64,000 nt of DNA, taken from Amphiscolops sp. MND2022 (Eukaryota). The notes under the pieces are model-generated. The model saw only the letters and a list, made by a program, of their open reading frames with translations, searched no databases and was not told the origin of the DNA. Below are positions 1-11,416 of this stretch, in pieces. The position numbers and the translations under genes were made by a program. Where the stretch lies: contig OZ076409.1 of the NCBI GenBank assembly GCA_964187785.1, positions 63,180,001 to 63,244,000 on the forward strand. The letters are read 5' to 3'. Position 1 is the first letter of the stretch, and every line of letters starts with the position of its first letter.

Positions 1-94
1 TAATAGTACTCTTAGGTGGTTCCAGAGGGGGGCGGGTTTGGCTTCTTTTCTTGCTTGGAGACTGATAATCATTCACGTATGTGTTCTGCTTAAG

Positions 95-1409
95 GTACAG
101 AGCTTCGAATGGTCCCTGATCTGTGACGAGTTTTTCGTTGTCAAGCTGGAGTTCTTTAACAGGCTCACGAGTGACTGTAAGTATCTCACTTTAAGGTGAA
201 AAGCCACGGTTTTATTCCACTTTAGACACCAGACGTATGTTTCCAGACGTGTCCAGTTTCCCTGTGAACCTCCAGCATAGACGTGATGCCTCCTTTTACC
301 TTTGTGGGGAAGTCTGTCGGTTTTTGAGCCTGCTCAGTTCCCGCGTCTATACTCCTGATACTGCCCCCTTGGCGAATGCTTGGTTCCTGTTGCTACGCTT
401 CCAGACTAGTGAGGCCACTTTCCTGGTTGAGGAGGAGTATTTGGTGCGACTGAAGCTCACCAACAAGGTGTCGTCTGCTAGCAAAGCAAAGGCCGAAGGG
501 ATGCACTTTGGTAAGAAGTCGGAGCGCCCAGCAATCCTGGCGACTACTGAGACTGTAAAGTCTGATTTCGTCAAGGACAGTCAGCAGTACGTGCAGTACC
601 TTATTAATGAAGTTCTTCGGCAAACTGGGCTAACCACCAACATCGTGAAAGGGATGGCTACTTTTGACCCTTTCATACTATTCAAGCGCCCTATGGACGT
701 GGCCCTACGCCACTTCGACATCTTGTAAAGTACCTTTTCCCTCCGCTCCTGGGTATCCAGTACTAATGAGTCCTTGTGCCGGGATCAGTACATGCAGCTT
801 CTCGATCATCTGCGTACAGCTTATAGCCCAGATTTCGATATTACCAGCGTCTCCCGTGATTTAATTGAGTTCTTGTCTGAGCTGGAGTTCCTTCGAGATC
901 GTAGCTGTTTGTTCTACCTGTTCAAATTGTGTTGTTTGTGTGCCACCACTGTCAGTCCTACATATCCTGATGTTACTTTCGGGACAGTTTCTACCGCTGG
1001 ACGCCATAGCAGGTTAACTGACGTCATTCTTCCTGTTCAAAGTTATATGTCTAACGTGCGAGATGCAGTTGCTTTCTGTAGTGATGACAGAAATCTTGCC
1101 AGATTCATTGACTTCTCTTCTTCTTTCGGGCGTTCAGCATTTGCTCCTGATTATGATCCTTGGAGCTACATGGACACTTTTGGCCGTTCAAAAATTTACA
1201 AGTCACTGCTTGCTTCTTGCCGTGTGGCTCTTTCTTCCCCTCAAAAGGCTCTGGTCTGGATTGCACCTGATGATGTACATTCTGTAGCTGACACATCCGC
1301 CGTGAAGGCCCCTTCCAGCACTAAACGGAGGAAGATGGAGCGTCGCGCTTCCCGTTCATCTTCATCATCTGCCGTCGAGGCTGACGAACCTAGTTCTTCT
1401 AAAAACTAA
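95..1409 (+). pseudogene. Spliced accessory gene convergent with gag-pol (exon ~95-176, intron 177-225, exon 226-1409; one in-frame TAA at 726-728); possibly derived from a hAT-like transposase
   Basis: ORFs 237-728 and 774-1409 share a frame across a single stop. Removing the 49-nt GTAAGT..TTTAG intron joins VQSFEW..LTSD-Y-TRR-MFPD in frame. The C-terminus has a basic NLS-like TKRRKMERR. The product assignment is motif recollection only. Confidence 0.6.
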
Positions 1410-1643
1410 CTGTACATATGTATGTGTGTACTTTCAAGTTGTAAACTTTGTTAATTTCTTTGCCGATTTGCTTATTTATTCTTTGTTGTTTGTATCTCTC
1501 GATCCCTGTATTTATTCTTTTGTAAGGGGTCTCTCATACGTCCCATCATTTATTCAAAAGATACTGACTTTCATGGGACTAAAAAGATAAAAGAAAAGAA
1601 AATCCAATTCGGGACTCATCTCCTGAACTGAATTCAGTCTTCC

Positions 1644-4600
1644 CTAGTATCTGAAGTCTTCTGAGTAGTTTGGGTTAGGGTTAGGTCTGAGGTTATATTT
1701 CCCTCCTCTTGGACTCAGGCTTTCATTTCTAGCATCGTTTTCGGATATTTCGGGCACGATAATATCATCCCCCCTATTTGGAGAATCTTGTGTATCGTTT
1801 TCATTCGTCAAGTTTCTTTCTGAAAAATTTTCATCGTTTTCCGGTCTACCTGCCGTATTCGGCAAGGATTTTTCTTGGTTTTTTGGGGAAACGGCCGGAT
1901 TCGTCCAATCAGATTTGTCATTGCTAGCCGCTTCACTAGCTTCATTCCTTTTTGTGACGTCATGATTTAATCTTTCATTCCGGTTCCGCGCCGCGTGGTC
2001 AGCGTAGTTTGTTTCGTCACTCGTGATTATGTAATCCGGTTCATTCTCGGCTACGTCATTTGTACTCGCTTCTGGCGCGTTCAGCCGTTCGCCATTCGGC
2101 ATGCTGGTCGGAATAGTCTCGTTGCCTCGTGCAACTAGTTGCTCGCCAAAGTCGGTTTCCCACGTTATGACGTATTAATCATCTTGCGGAATGACAATTT
2201 CTTCGTCTGGCTGCAACTGTTGTTCTCGGAAATTATCCTCAAGCGGTTGATTGGGGACAAACTTCTTAAGGTGAATCCGATGTAAAATTTGAGTTTTGTC
2301 CGTATTGATCCGTCGTACTACATAGTTTTCGTTTGGCAAAACTTTTTGGATTAGGAATGGTCCAACCCAACGATAGTCGCGGAATGGGATTTTTGATCCC
2401 TGATGATCCGCTTTCGGCTGTAAGACGAAACAGTAATCATTCTCCTTCAATGGAGCAGCTTTTGCTTTGCGGTCGTAATATTCTTTGTACTTGACATACG
2501 ACTGCATAATGTTCTGCTTCGTTTTGTCAATCAAGATTTTTGTCCGGTTTTGGATTTCTTCAGCAAATTCGGTTGTGGGGTTGATCTGCTCGTTTGGATT
2601 ATTTCCAAGCTTGTGATCCAAGATATTAAATGGAATTCCTCCGTGAAATACCCTCGTCGGTTCACAACCGATGCTGGCGTGATAACTAGTATTATGATTC
2701 AGTACTGCTAATGGCAAGTATTTGTGCCATTGTCGGCGATATTCGCCACATGCCAGTTTGAGATTTGTTTTCAATGAGGCATGAGTTCGCTCCATTTTCC
2801 CAAATTGTCTGCGGGTGTTTTGTCGTTGCACATTTGAGTGTTATGACCAAAATTTGCGTAATCTCCGCAATAATTGTAGAAGTAAATGCAGTACCTTTGT
2901 CAGTGATGAGTGTTGTAGGTAAATACGCATGTTTGGTCATATTGTCAATGAGCGCTTTTGCTACATTGATCGCTGACGCGTCCGTAAGAGGATAGGCAAA
3001 CAAATATCTAGAGAATACATCAATTGCTGTTAGGACATTTTCATATCCTCCACTTGGAGGAAGATTCGGCAATAGGTCGATCTGCATGGCGTCCTCAGGT
3101 CCAAGGTCCCATTCGGGCAAGTTGAGCAATTCAGGCGTAATTGTTGCATTGGGGACTCGTTTGTCCCTTGCACATTCTTCACACCCTTCTACCCATTTTT
3201 TGACGTGTTTAGCCATGCTGGGGTAGTAATACCTCTGTCGAATTTCCTGCAACATTTTTGAGATACCAGGATGTTTATGCGCTGTCCCATGGAGGGACTG
3301 AAGCAATTCCAGGAGTAGGTGATGCGGGAGCAGAATTTGATGGTATTTGACATTCCCTATTTCGTCAAAGTATTGCCTTGTCAGGATTTCGTCCTTTAGT
3401 ACAATCCGTTCCAGATTGTTTGCGTAATGTCTATATCGGGTATCCTGGTGCAGTAAATTTTCTGAATACTCTTCATGAAGCAGTTTTGCTTTCAATTGCT
3501 GTAGAACTGCTTCTTTGGATTGCTCGATAATGATCTGGTTCGTTTTCCTCAATCGGACTTGTATATCGGGGTGTTGCTTGACCAGATTTGTTGACAGAGT
3601 TTGTATAGTAACAGTGGGCTCATCAGTTGCTGGATTTTTCCTGATTGCTTCTTTCCTTGCCCAATACTGTTCTTCTGTCTCATCGTCGTCATTGGTGTAG
3701 AAGATTTGTTCTTCTTGTGACACCCCTGCGGATTGGACATTGATTTCGATTGGTAGTGTTTGTACATCTTCGCGAATTTTCATCACCAATTTGTGCTTCG
3801 GATCTGCTTCCAATCGGGACAAATAGTCGGCAGCTGTATTTTGTGCCCCTGGGATGTGTGCTATGACAATATTGAACTGGATGACATAATCACACGCGTT
3901 CCACAGGGCTGGGGGTATTATTTTTGTTTGGAAAAATCTCGTGACAGCTTTGTTGTCCGTAAGGATGATGACCGGTTTCGGCGCACCCCAGAAGATATGT
4001 CCGAATTCTTTGGCATAAATTGACATTTTGATCTGTGCTGGGGTGAAAGTTTTTGATCCATATGCGACTGGTGCATACGATTTTCTGAGTGACATAAATT
4101 TCTGGCTTGGGTCGTCTTCTATTAGGACCGCGTACCCGGCTGCACCAAAACTTCCATCAGTCATTAGTGCTATTTGCTTGTTTGGAATGGGTTGTTGTAG
4201 GGCCAAGTCGCAACATTTGTCTAGTGATTTGTTGATTGCTTCGAATTGCTGGACTAATTCTTTCGATACTAGGACTTTTTCGTCACTTTTCAGCATCTTG
4301 TAGAATGGGGCAAGGCGTTCGGAGAGTCTTGGGACATAATTCCTGTAGTAGTTTAGGAATCCCAAATATCGTTGTAAAGCCTTTTTCGACTTCGGGAATT
4401 TAGTCTTTTCCAGAAAGTTTTGTACGTTCTGTTTCTGGGGTTTAACGCCTTGTGGGGTAATTGTCCGACCAAGAAAATCAATTTCTTTTGCACCAAAGTG
4501 ACATTTGTGCATTGTCAATTTAAGGCCTGCTTCCTGAATGCATTTGAACGTAGCTCTCAGGTTCGTCATGATGTGGTCAACATCATTGGCTGCGATGCCG

Positions 4601-6687
4601 ATATCGTCCACATACTGGGCACACTGATCCGCTTTAATGACTTTGTCAAGGTATTCTCTCATGAAACTCGAGAATGCGGATAGTGACCGACTAAGGCCTT
4701 GTGCCAAACGTCTGTAAGCGAATGTGCGACTGGCAAAATTGAAAGCCAACATTTCGATTGAACGTTGGTCGGCCATTGGTAGGCAGTGGTATGCCTGCGA
4801 ACAGTCTAATTTACAGAACAGTTTTTTGCCTGCCAAGTGTTGGGCAGCATCAACTAGTGTACTGACGGGGTGATTATTGTTGATATAATCATCCGAGATG
4901 AGGTTGTTGATTTTTCTCAAGTCAACCAAGAGTCGGAGTTTCCCATTCGGCTTCTTTTGTGCGAATATTGGACTTTCATATTTCGAAAATGGCAGTATAG
5001 TTATTATGCCATATTTGTGTAACATGGCTTATTCAACTAGGATGTCCTCCTTCAAGTTGATAGGAGCTGGAAGGTTTTGACTATAGGCTGGGGAATCGTC
5101 CTTAGGCGTCAGTTTCACCTTGAATTCTTCGTTCATGCCTATATCAAATCGGTGTCGTGCAAAGATGTCATGGAATTCCACTAACAATTCTTCAATTTTC
5201 TCCTTCTCTTCTGGAGTAAGGGTGGAATCTTTCCAATCAAAGTTTTCTAAGAGTTTTGTACGCGATTCCTCATCTTTGGTGGGATCAAGTGTCTCCAGGT
5301 CCTGTAAGGCCTGTAATTCTCTAAGGATTCGTTTTTGTATAGGTGTGTGTTCCTCAGGATTTTCAAGATTTTCTGGAGTTGGGAACCAATAATTTTCGGT
5401 ATTTTGGGGATTTCTATTCGTCTTGATGAGGCTGCTGACGTAATGGGCTGCCTGTTCTTGGTCGTTTTGCAAGAGATGCCAGGTTGAAGCCGGGTCTACC
5501 GGTTTGACGTACTTCATCTGTTCTGGCGTCATGACTGAGAAATTGGCAATATGAAGTCCCTTTTTAAGTTTATAAGGATGGTCTGTGAAATTATTCACAG
5601 GTATGGATATACTGCCATCATTTAGAGTGACCAAGGCTGGGCAAAATGTGATGTCACCTTCTTCATGTAGAAGGTCGCTCGGTTGCAAAATCCCAGTAAC
5701 CGCATTCTCAGGATACAGTAAGTAATTGGTCCTAATTAGGACTCTGTCGTTTGGCGGAATTGTTATTTCAGTGGGGTTGAGAATCGGTTCTAGTACGTTG
5801 GAGTATTTGTGGTCAGCTGTTTTAAGTTGCATTGAAAAGAACGGGAAGTTCAGAATTCCTTGTCTCATATCCAGAACTGTATGATTTCGCTGAAGGAACA
5901 TCAGTCCAATAATCGGTCCTGTCAAGTGTTCCATTACTATGAAAATTTCGTGGAATTCAATGTCACCAACTTCAAATTTGAGCTCTATGGTACTCTTGGG
6001 AGTTTCCAGTTGCCCATTAGCGACCATGATTTGGAAATTCGGAGGCGGACCTTCCCGGATAACAGATTGTGGAGATAAAAGGCGGATTTTCCGGAGGTCC
6101 ATTTCAGGGATTGCACTGGACAATGCTCCAGTGTCTATAAGTCCATCAATGGTCAATTCCCCAAAGTCCATTGGGAAATAAAGCATGCGTTTTTTGCATT
6201 TGAGATTAATGTTGGTTGACAGGGGTATACAGTCTGCTTCACCGTCTCTAGTGATTAAGACATTTTGGAACTGTTTCTCATCTAACAATGATTGTGGTAT
6301 AGTTTCAACATTGTTGTCATGGGTCTCGGTCCCCAATGGGTTTGGGAACACTGGATGGTTTGTGCCATCATTCATTTGCCAGTTTTCAATTAATGTTCTG
6401 GTCTTCTTATTGTGGGTGATTGGAGGGTTCTCGTGGACTGTTCGGTTGCAGTGTTCAATATCATCTAGAACGTATTGAAATTGTAATAGTTCTTGATTAT
6501 AGATCTCAGTGTCCCAATATGGATCTCTGCCGTAGTCTTGGTCGATATACGTTGGATTGTAATTATCGACTAGGGGAATGGGTCTGAATCGGGTATTGAA
6601 GGTGGTGGTGTAATCAGGGTCCCAAACAGGAATTGGTTTCTGGAACAAATGGGTGTTATTGTAGGTGATGATGGTGGCTTTTTCCAT
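1644..6687 (-). pseudogene. pol: Gypsy pol: aspartic protease, RT, RNase H, integrase with GPY/F
   Basis: LIDTGA (PR); LRLLVDLRKIN, KLDCSQAY and YVDD (RT); TDGS and TDNK..ADYLSR (RNase H); H..HPG..CEEC, QIDL and TDKG (IN); WVGPF. Broken by stops at ~5029 and ~2175 and a frameshift near 2800. Confidence 0.95.
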
Positions 6688-6818
6688 CTGCTGCTGTCAG
6701 ACAACAGAGGGATAGCCCATCAATTGCTGATTGTATTGGTGGAAAGTCTGTGTTGGAGGGTCCGATCTGATGTACTGTCGGACAGATATTTATTCGTTAT
6801 ATTGGAGTCGTGGCGAAG

Positions 6819-8530
6819 TTAGTTTTTTGACTCATCATTAGAATATGAGGATTGGGAGCTCGATGATGTCGGTTTGGTTTGAGGTTTCTGAGCCTTTGAA
6901 TTGGGCTTATTGTCAGTTGAGTCCTCAGGCCTAGTGCGTTTGGGTTTAAGATGTGCACCAGCACCTTGCCAACATCTTTCCTCCGGGTGGTTCTTTTTGC
7001 CACAAGTGCCACACTCCGGATATGTTTTCTTCTGCGTCGACTTGCCTTGTTGGGCATCTTTCTCTTTTTTCTTTTTCAGTTTTTCGCAGTCCTTGACCAT
7101 GTGGCCCTTTTCCTTGCAATAATTGCAAGTGATATCGGACAGTTGCCCTTTGGACAGAGGAGTTTTAGGTTTTGTAGATGAGGAGGTCATTGTGGCCATT
7201 GGTAGGTCGTCTGACTCCTCGAGGGCGTTAAGTTCCATTTCTCTCTCCAAATGAGCAACGATCTCATCGTATGAGCCATTTTCTTACCTGGCCATGTTGA
7301 CGGACCGCTTCAGTTTTGGTGGCAGTTTTGCGTAGAGCAAGCTGTCAATCATTTTCTGTGCATGATCACCAAACGCCTTCTCGGCTCCCTGGTTTAATTC
7401 TTCGAGAAAATCAGGCAGCTTCATTGTATTGGGATCGAAGATCAGACGGTGCCATTTATGTTTGGCAGTCGCCTGTGACTCGGGCTTGACGTATTTTCGT
7501 CTAAAGATGACTAATACGTCCTCTAGAGTTTGTTGGTTGTTTGAGCTGATATTTCTGAATGTCTGAAGAGCATTCTTCCTCAATAAAGAGTGGAAGTGAT
7601 TGATCTTCATTTGCTCAGTCATTTCTGGCTGCATCTTGATCATAGTGTGAAATAGGTCTTCGAACAGCTCGAATTTCTCACTTTTGCCATCGAATGTCAT
7701 GGTATTTGAGTTGACTGGGCGTATGGTGAGTTGTTGGGCTGTCGGTCTATTATGCATTGTAGTCAAGACGTCTGCCAGTCGAGTGATGGGGTCGGAGTCA
7801 GCAGCGGTAGCGATTCTCTCTTGTGCTGGGATCGTCGTGTCGAGATTGATGTCCTCAAAGGACCTGTCGAGATGATGCCTTGATGAGATTCGTCCTGTGA
7901 GAAACTCAGGAACTTGATTTAGAGATTCGTTGTCTCCTGTCACCATGTCATGAACATTTAGCTCAGGGTAATCATCGTTCGATTGATTCTCATATTGTCC
8001 ATTCCTTGAGTTATTTTTTGTATTTAAGTTTCTCTGAACTTCGGAATTTAGTTCCGGTCTCTCGGGTGGAACGTCCCATCCTTTTCTGGTCTCGTGTCCC
8101 GATCCGGCCATAATAACGTTTTGGATTTGGGGAAGTACCTGAGTACTTATTGCATCACTTATGGCCCTTTGAATCTGAACACTCACAGATTTCATCATCT
8201 CGTCCATTTCCCGTGAAATGCGAGAATTCAATTCACTTGACAACCTGTTGATCTCAGCACTAGAGTTGGCTGTAACTGAATTTTGATCATATTCGGTATT
8301 TGTTCTAAAGTGAAAATTTCTCTGATTTCTACTTACATTTGCGTTTCATTCACAGAATCATTGCTTGCAAAGCTTCTAGACCTTCTAGGCAAGTTACTGT
8401 TCAAGCTACCTTCTCTCTCTCTTGCGCTAAAATGATTTTCTTCTAACATAATGTCTATGTTCTCGATGTCTGACAGCATCTCGAGTCCTCTTGACTTTCT
8501 TGCCTTTTTCTGTTTTCTAGTAGTAGGCAT
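6819..8530 (-). pseudogene. gag: Gypsy gag
   Basis: ORFs 8333-8530, 7284-8243 and 6819-7250 join through one frameshift and one stop. It has an FDGKSEKFELFEDLF capsid-like segment and zinc knuckles CNYCKEKGHMVKDC and CGTCGKKNHPEERC. Confidence 0.9.
6822..6828 (-). promoter_or_regulatory. -1 ribosomal frameshift slippery heptamer A AAA AAC at the gag stop
   Basis: The - strand reads TCA AAA AAC TAA. The -1 frame is the pol frame (ATG at 6687), now carrying two intervening stops. Confidence 0.65.
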
Positions 8531-8701
8531 AGAAACAGTTCCAAATTAACAATGAATTGTTCAATACGGAAAATAACAGCGTAGCCGTTTGTAATTCAAT
8601 CTTTACTAGTAGTGTCTCAAATGAATTGTGTCCCACTCAGGCCGAGTATCGGTATATATACTCGTGAGGGGATGACATTCACATACTTTACATTACTAGT
8701 C

Positions 8702-8718
8702 AAGAAAAATGGGGGTCA
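8702..8718 (+). other. Polypurine-tract-like sequence abutting the LTR
   Basis: AAGAAAAATGGGGGTCA is followed directly by TGTGAT, the same layout as GAAGGAAGGGGGAA|TGTGAC at 48757-48776. Confidence 0.6.
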
Positions 8719-8987
8719 TGTGATATATCACTTCACAGGGAATGTCCCGACAACCGCATATTATTAGGGGACATTTAGGGAATGGCATTCAAAAGTCGTT
8801 TGATCAAGACAGAAATATCAAATCAGTTATTAACTAAGGCATCATATCAAAGCGTCAACAAATGTCTCCGCTCACATTCTTTACAGCGGAGTGCAGTGGA
8901 GGCACGTGCCGACACGAGTTATTGAGAATGGAATGTATCATCGCGTGTATATTGCTTCAATACAATCTAAATATATGTGAGAATACA
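8719..8987 (+). repeat. Putative LTR (~269 bp) of the first Gypsy element
   Basis: Starts TGTGAT and ends TGTGAGAATACA, resembling the verified LTR termini TGTGAC..TGTGAGATACA of the 43-49 kb element. The partner LTR is not in the window, and the right end could be a few nt further (~8993). Confidence 0.6.
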
Positions 8988-10044
8988 TTTTCATGTTAGG
9001 GCCAGAATAGGCTCAAAATCATAAAATACACAGCTTTCAAAGAGACATGGTAAGATGGTCTTAATTGTCCACCCTTTTAGGGTAAGGTTATACAGACATT
9101 AAAGCGCTACAAATGCTTTAATTTAGTTTCAAATCATGGAAAGTTAGCTCCGAGTAATTACTTGCTAATGTAGGCAACAAAATACTATAATGCATGAACT
9201 GGCCGGAACCGGCCATTTGACGTGAGTACCAGTAAGCGTGCACTGCGTTAAGTCAAAAGGCCTTATTCGGCCATTATGTAATAAAAGCGCCAATATTTCA
9301 AAAGGAACGATGTGATTGGTTATCGATGTACAGCAAGTTACGCCGCCGAGAAAGGACGTTTCCGCACTTGAACACGTTTCCTCCTCGCGATTAACTTGCT
9401 TGTTGTTTATTATTGCATCAAATCAACCTTGCATTTTAATTCTATCTTACAACAAATACATCATCAAATTGATTTGGCCTGTCCCAAATCGTAAAATTAA
9501 CAGACTAATATAAACTGCAACGTATTGGAAAATGTAATAGTTTGAGAGCAAATATTGTTACTAAAAATAAATTTTGAAATACAAGATATACTTGTTTAAA
9601 ATGTAGGCAAAGTTCCGGGCAATGTCTCCTGGCTGGTCGCTGTTGTCGTTATTAAGGTACCGTCACAGGCGGCAGCCTGCGACACCCAGATATTTCAGTC
9701 CCAGGGAGTTTTAAAAATGAAGGATATTACCTTTATCAATTATAAGGGCATCTTGTTTTTAATCAATCTAAAAATTACAAAAGTTTCACCCTGCTTACAG
9801 TCAAACCCTCGAACTCCACGCTCATCCTGGCGAAATGTTTACAGGCTGAAAAAGACCGTTTTTAACAGCGAGCGTCAAAAGTTGAAGGCGATACACATTG
9901 AGGATAAAAAACTTTTTTTTCATAAAAGTCGAACAAAGCCAAAATTATCTCGGAAAAAAACCTTCAGAATGCATTTTTCTCCGATAACAACAAAAAGATA
10001 AAAGGAAGAGGCAAACAAAAATTTTATGGTGTGAAAACTGGTTA

Positions 10045-10218
10045 ATGCACTTATTCATATAGAGCACGCAATGGAAATTCGGAAAAAAAGTATTCACACT
10101 GACTTCAATTTTGCAAGAATTGATATAATTCGAATTATATCAATTTTTGCAAAAGTGAAGTCAGTGTGAATACTTTTTTACCGAATTTCCATTGCGTGCT
10201 CTATATGAATAAGTGCAT
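10045..10218. repeat. 174-bp near-perfect palindrome without a spacer
   Basis: ATGCACTTATTCATATAGAGCACGCAATGGAAATTCGG... is mirrored about TTC|GAA at 10131/10132 with few mismatches. Confidence 0.9.
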
Positions 10219-10373
10219 ATTTTTTGCCAAAGAATTGAGGTCGGAAGGTGCCTGTTTTTTCCCCAAAGGCGTCGTAGCAGAATACACAGAATACACGAAA
10301 AAATCGCAGTGCCGCTGCGCCTCTTGTGTACGATCCACATTAGGAAAATGATAGTAAGTTCTTACCTTAACAG

Positions 10374-10609
10374 GACAATGTATGGGGACAGTGGAAAAGC
10401 TAGAGAACAGCAAAGGCATCATTGAATGGAAGACGACGGAGATGGGACAGATGGCCTTGGCAGCGTGTCCTTTCGGAAGTCGGGCCATACCTTCCATCAA
10501 ACAGCTGGAACAGGGCGCTGGGTTCGCCCACCGAGATTGTGTGTTGCTAGAAGGCATCCACGACAAGGAGGCGTCTTGGGAGGCACCTAATACCAGCAAT
10601 TGCGACCCG
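10374..10609 (+). CDS. Adhesion GPCR exon: hormone-receptor (HormR/HRM) domain
   Basis: AACAG| acceptor and |GTTAG donor. QC..IEWKTTEMGQMALAACP..AHRDC..WEAPNTSNC matches the HormR Cys/Trp pattern. Ends in phase 0. Confidence 0.88.
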
Positions 10610-11416
10610 GTTAGAAATACGTTGTATTTTTGATCTATTGCTCACAGCTGCATTTGCAGTCAATACGAGTTTTTTTTCAATTTAGTGAGAGCAAATTTTT
10701 CGTTCACAAAAGATCCGTCCTTCTTTCTAGAACTTATTCAAACAAATGTTATTTTCAAGGGGTCTTTTTTGTTGGAAAAGTTGTTGGTATGGTTGATCAA
10801 AATTAATATTTGGTTAAATTATATCTATTATTTGACTTCGTGATGAAGTCAGTTCTCAGTGTGGGGATTTCTTTGCAGGTATTTAGGGAAACTACAAAAA
10901 TAACACCAAGATAGATGTATTGAAACAAAACATACTCAATTACTCTTTCTAAAAAACAAACTTTTACAAATTTCATATACAGTTCTGGATATTATTCTTA
11001 CCCTATTTAAAAAGTATGATTCGGGGAAAACTACTGAAGAACTACAAAATTCAAATTTCGGAGTAACTTCGTGCGTTTAAAGAAGTTCTTGATGTACCAT
11101 GAAAACTGTACCCATAAAAGAAGGAAAGCTTAATTTATTTGAAATTCAGCCCTTAGATAACCGATATACCGATTAACAAGATGGAAACGCCTCAAGTCGA
11201 CGCACCGCTTAGGGCTGAAAAACAAATTTTTTGAAAGGTACTTTTGAGAAAATTCAAAAACAAGTAACACAGTGCCAAAAACACTAAAAAACATTCGTTT
11301 CCATCTAGCTTCGCGGATACGGAGAACTTATGTTATTACAAAATTTACAATTTAGTTTGAGATTTGTGACGACCAAAAGCTACTATAAATTTTCAACTTT
11401 AGAAATTTGAAAACTA

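Larger units (their letters stand above)
1..8987. mobile_element. Ty3/Gypsy LTR retrotransposon, left end outside the window, degenerate copy; gag-pol on - strand, extra gene on + strand
   Basis: Gag with two CCHC knuckles, then PR-RT-RH-IN in Gypsy order on the - strand. A TG..CA bounded LTR-like block lies at 8719-8987. Inclusion of 1-1409 in the element is inferred because no LTR separates it from the pol 3' end. Confidence 0.85.

Noticed and set aside
2765..7875. Many short + strand ORFs overlapping gag-pol
   Set aside because: They are antisense shadows of the coding strand with no independent motifs.
8306..8337. Apparent 32-nt GTAAGT..TTTAG intron on the - strand that would repair the gag frame
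   Set aside because: It is very short, and the same stretch is open in the downstream gag frame, so a single-base deletion explains the break more simply.
9607..9656. Candidate upstream GPCR exon (AG|GCAAAGTTCCGGGC..AAG|GT)
   Set aside because: No open frame ends in the phase 1 needed to join the HormR exon.
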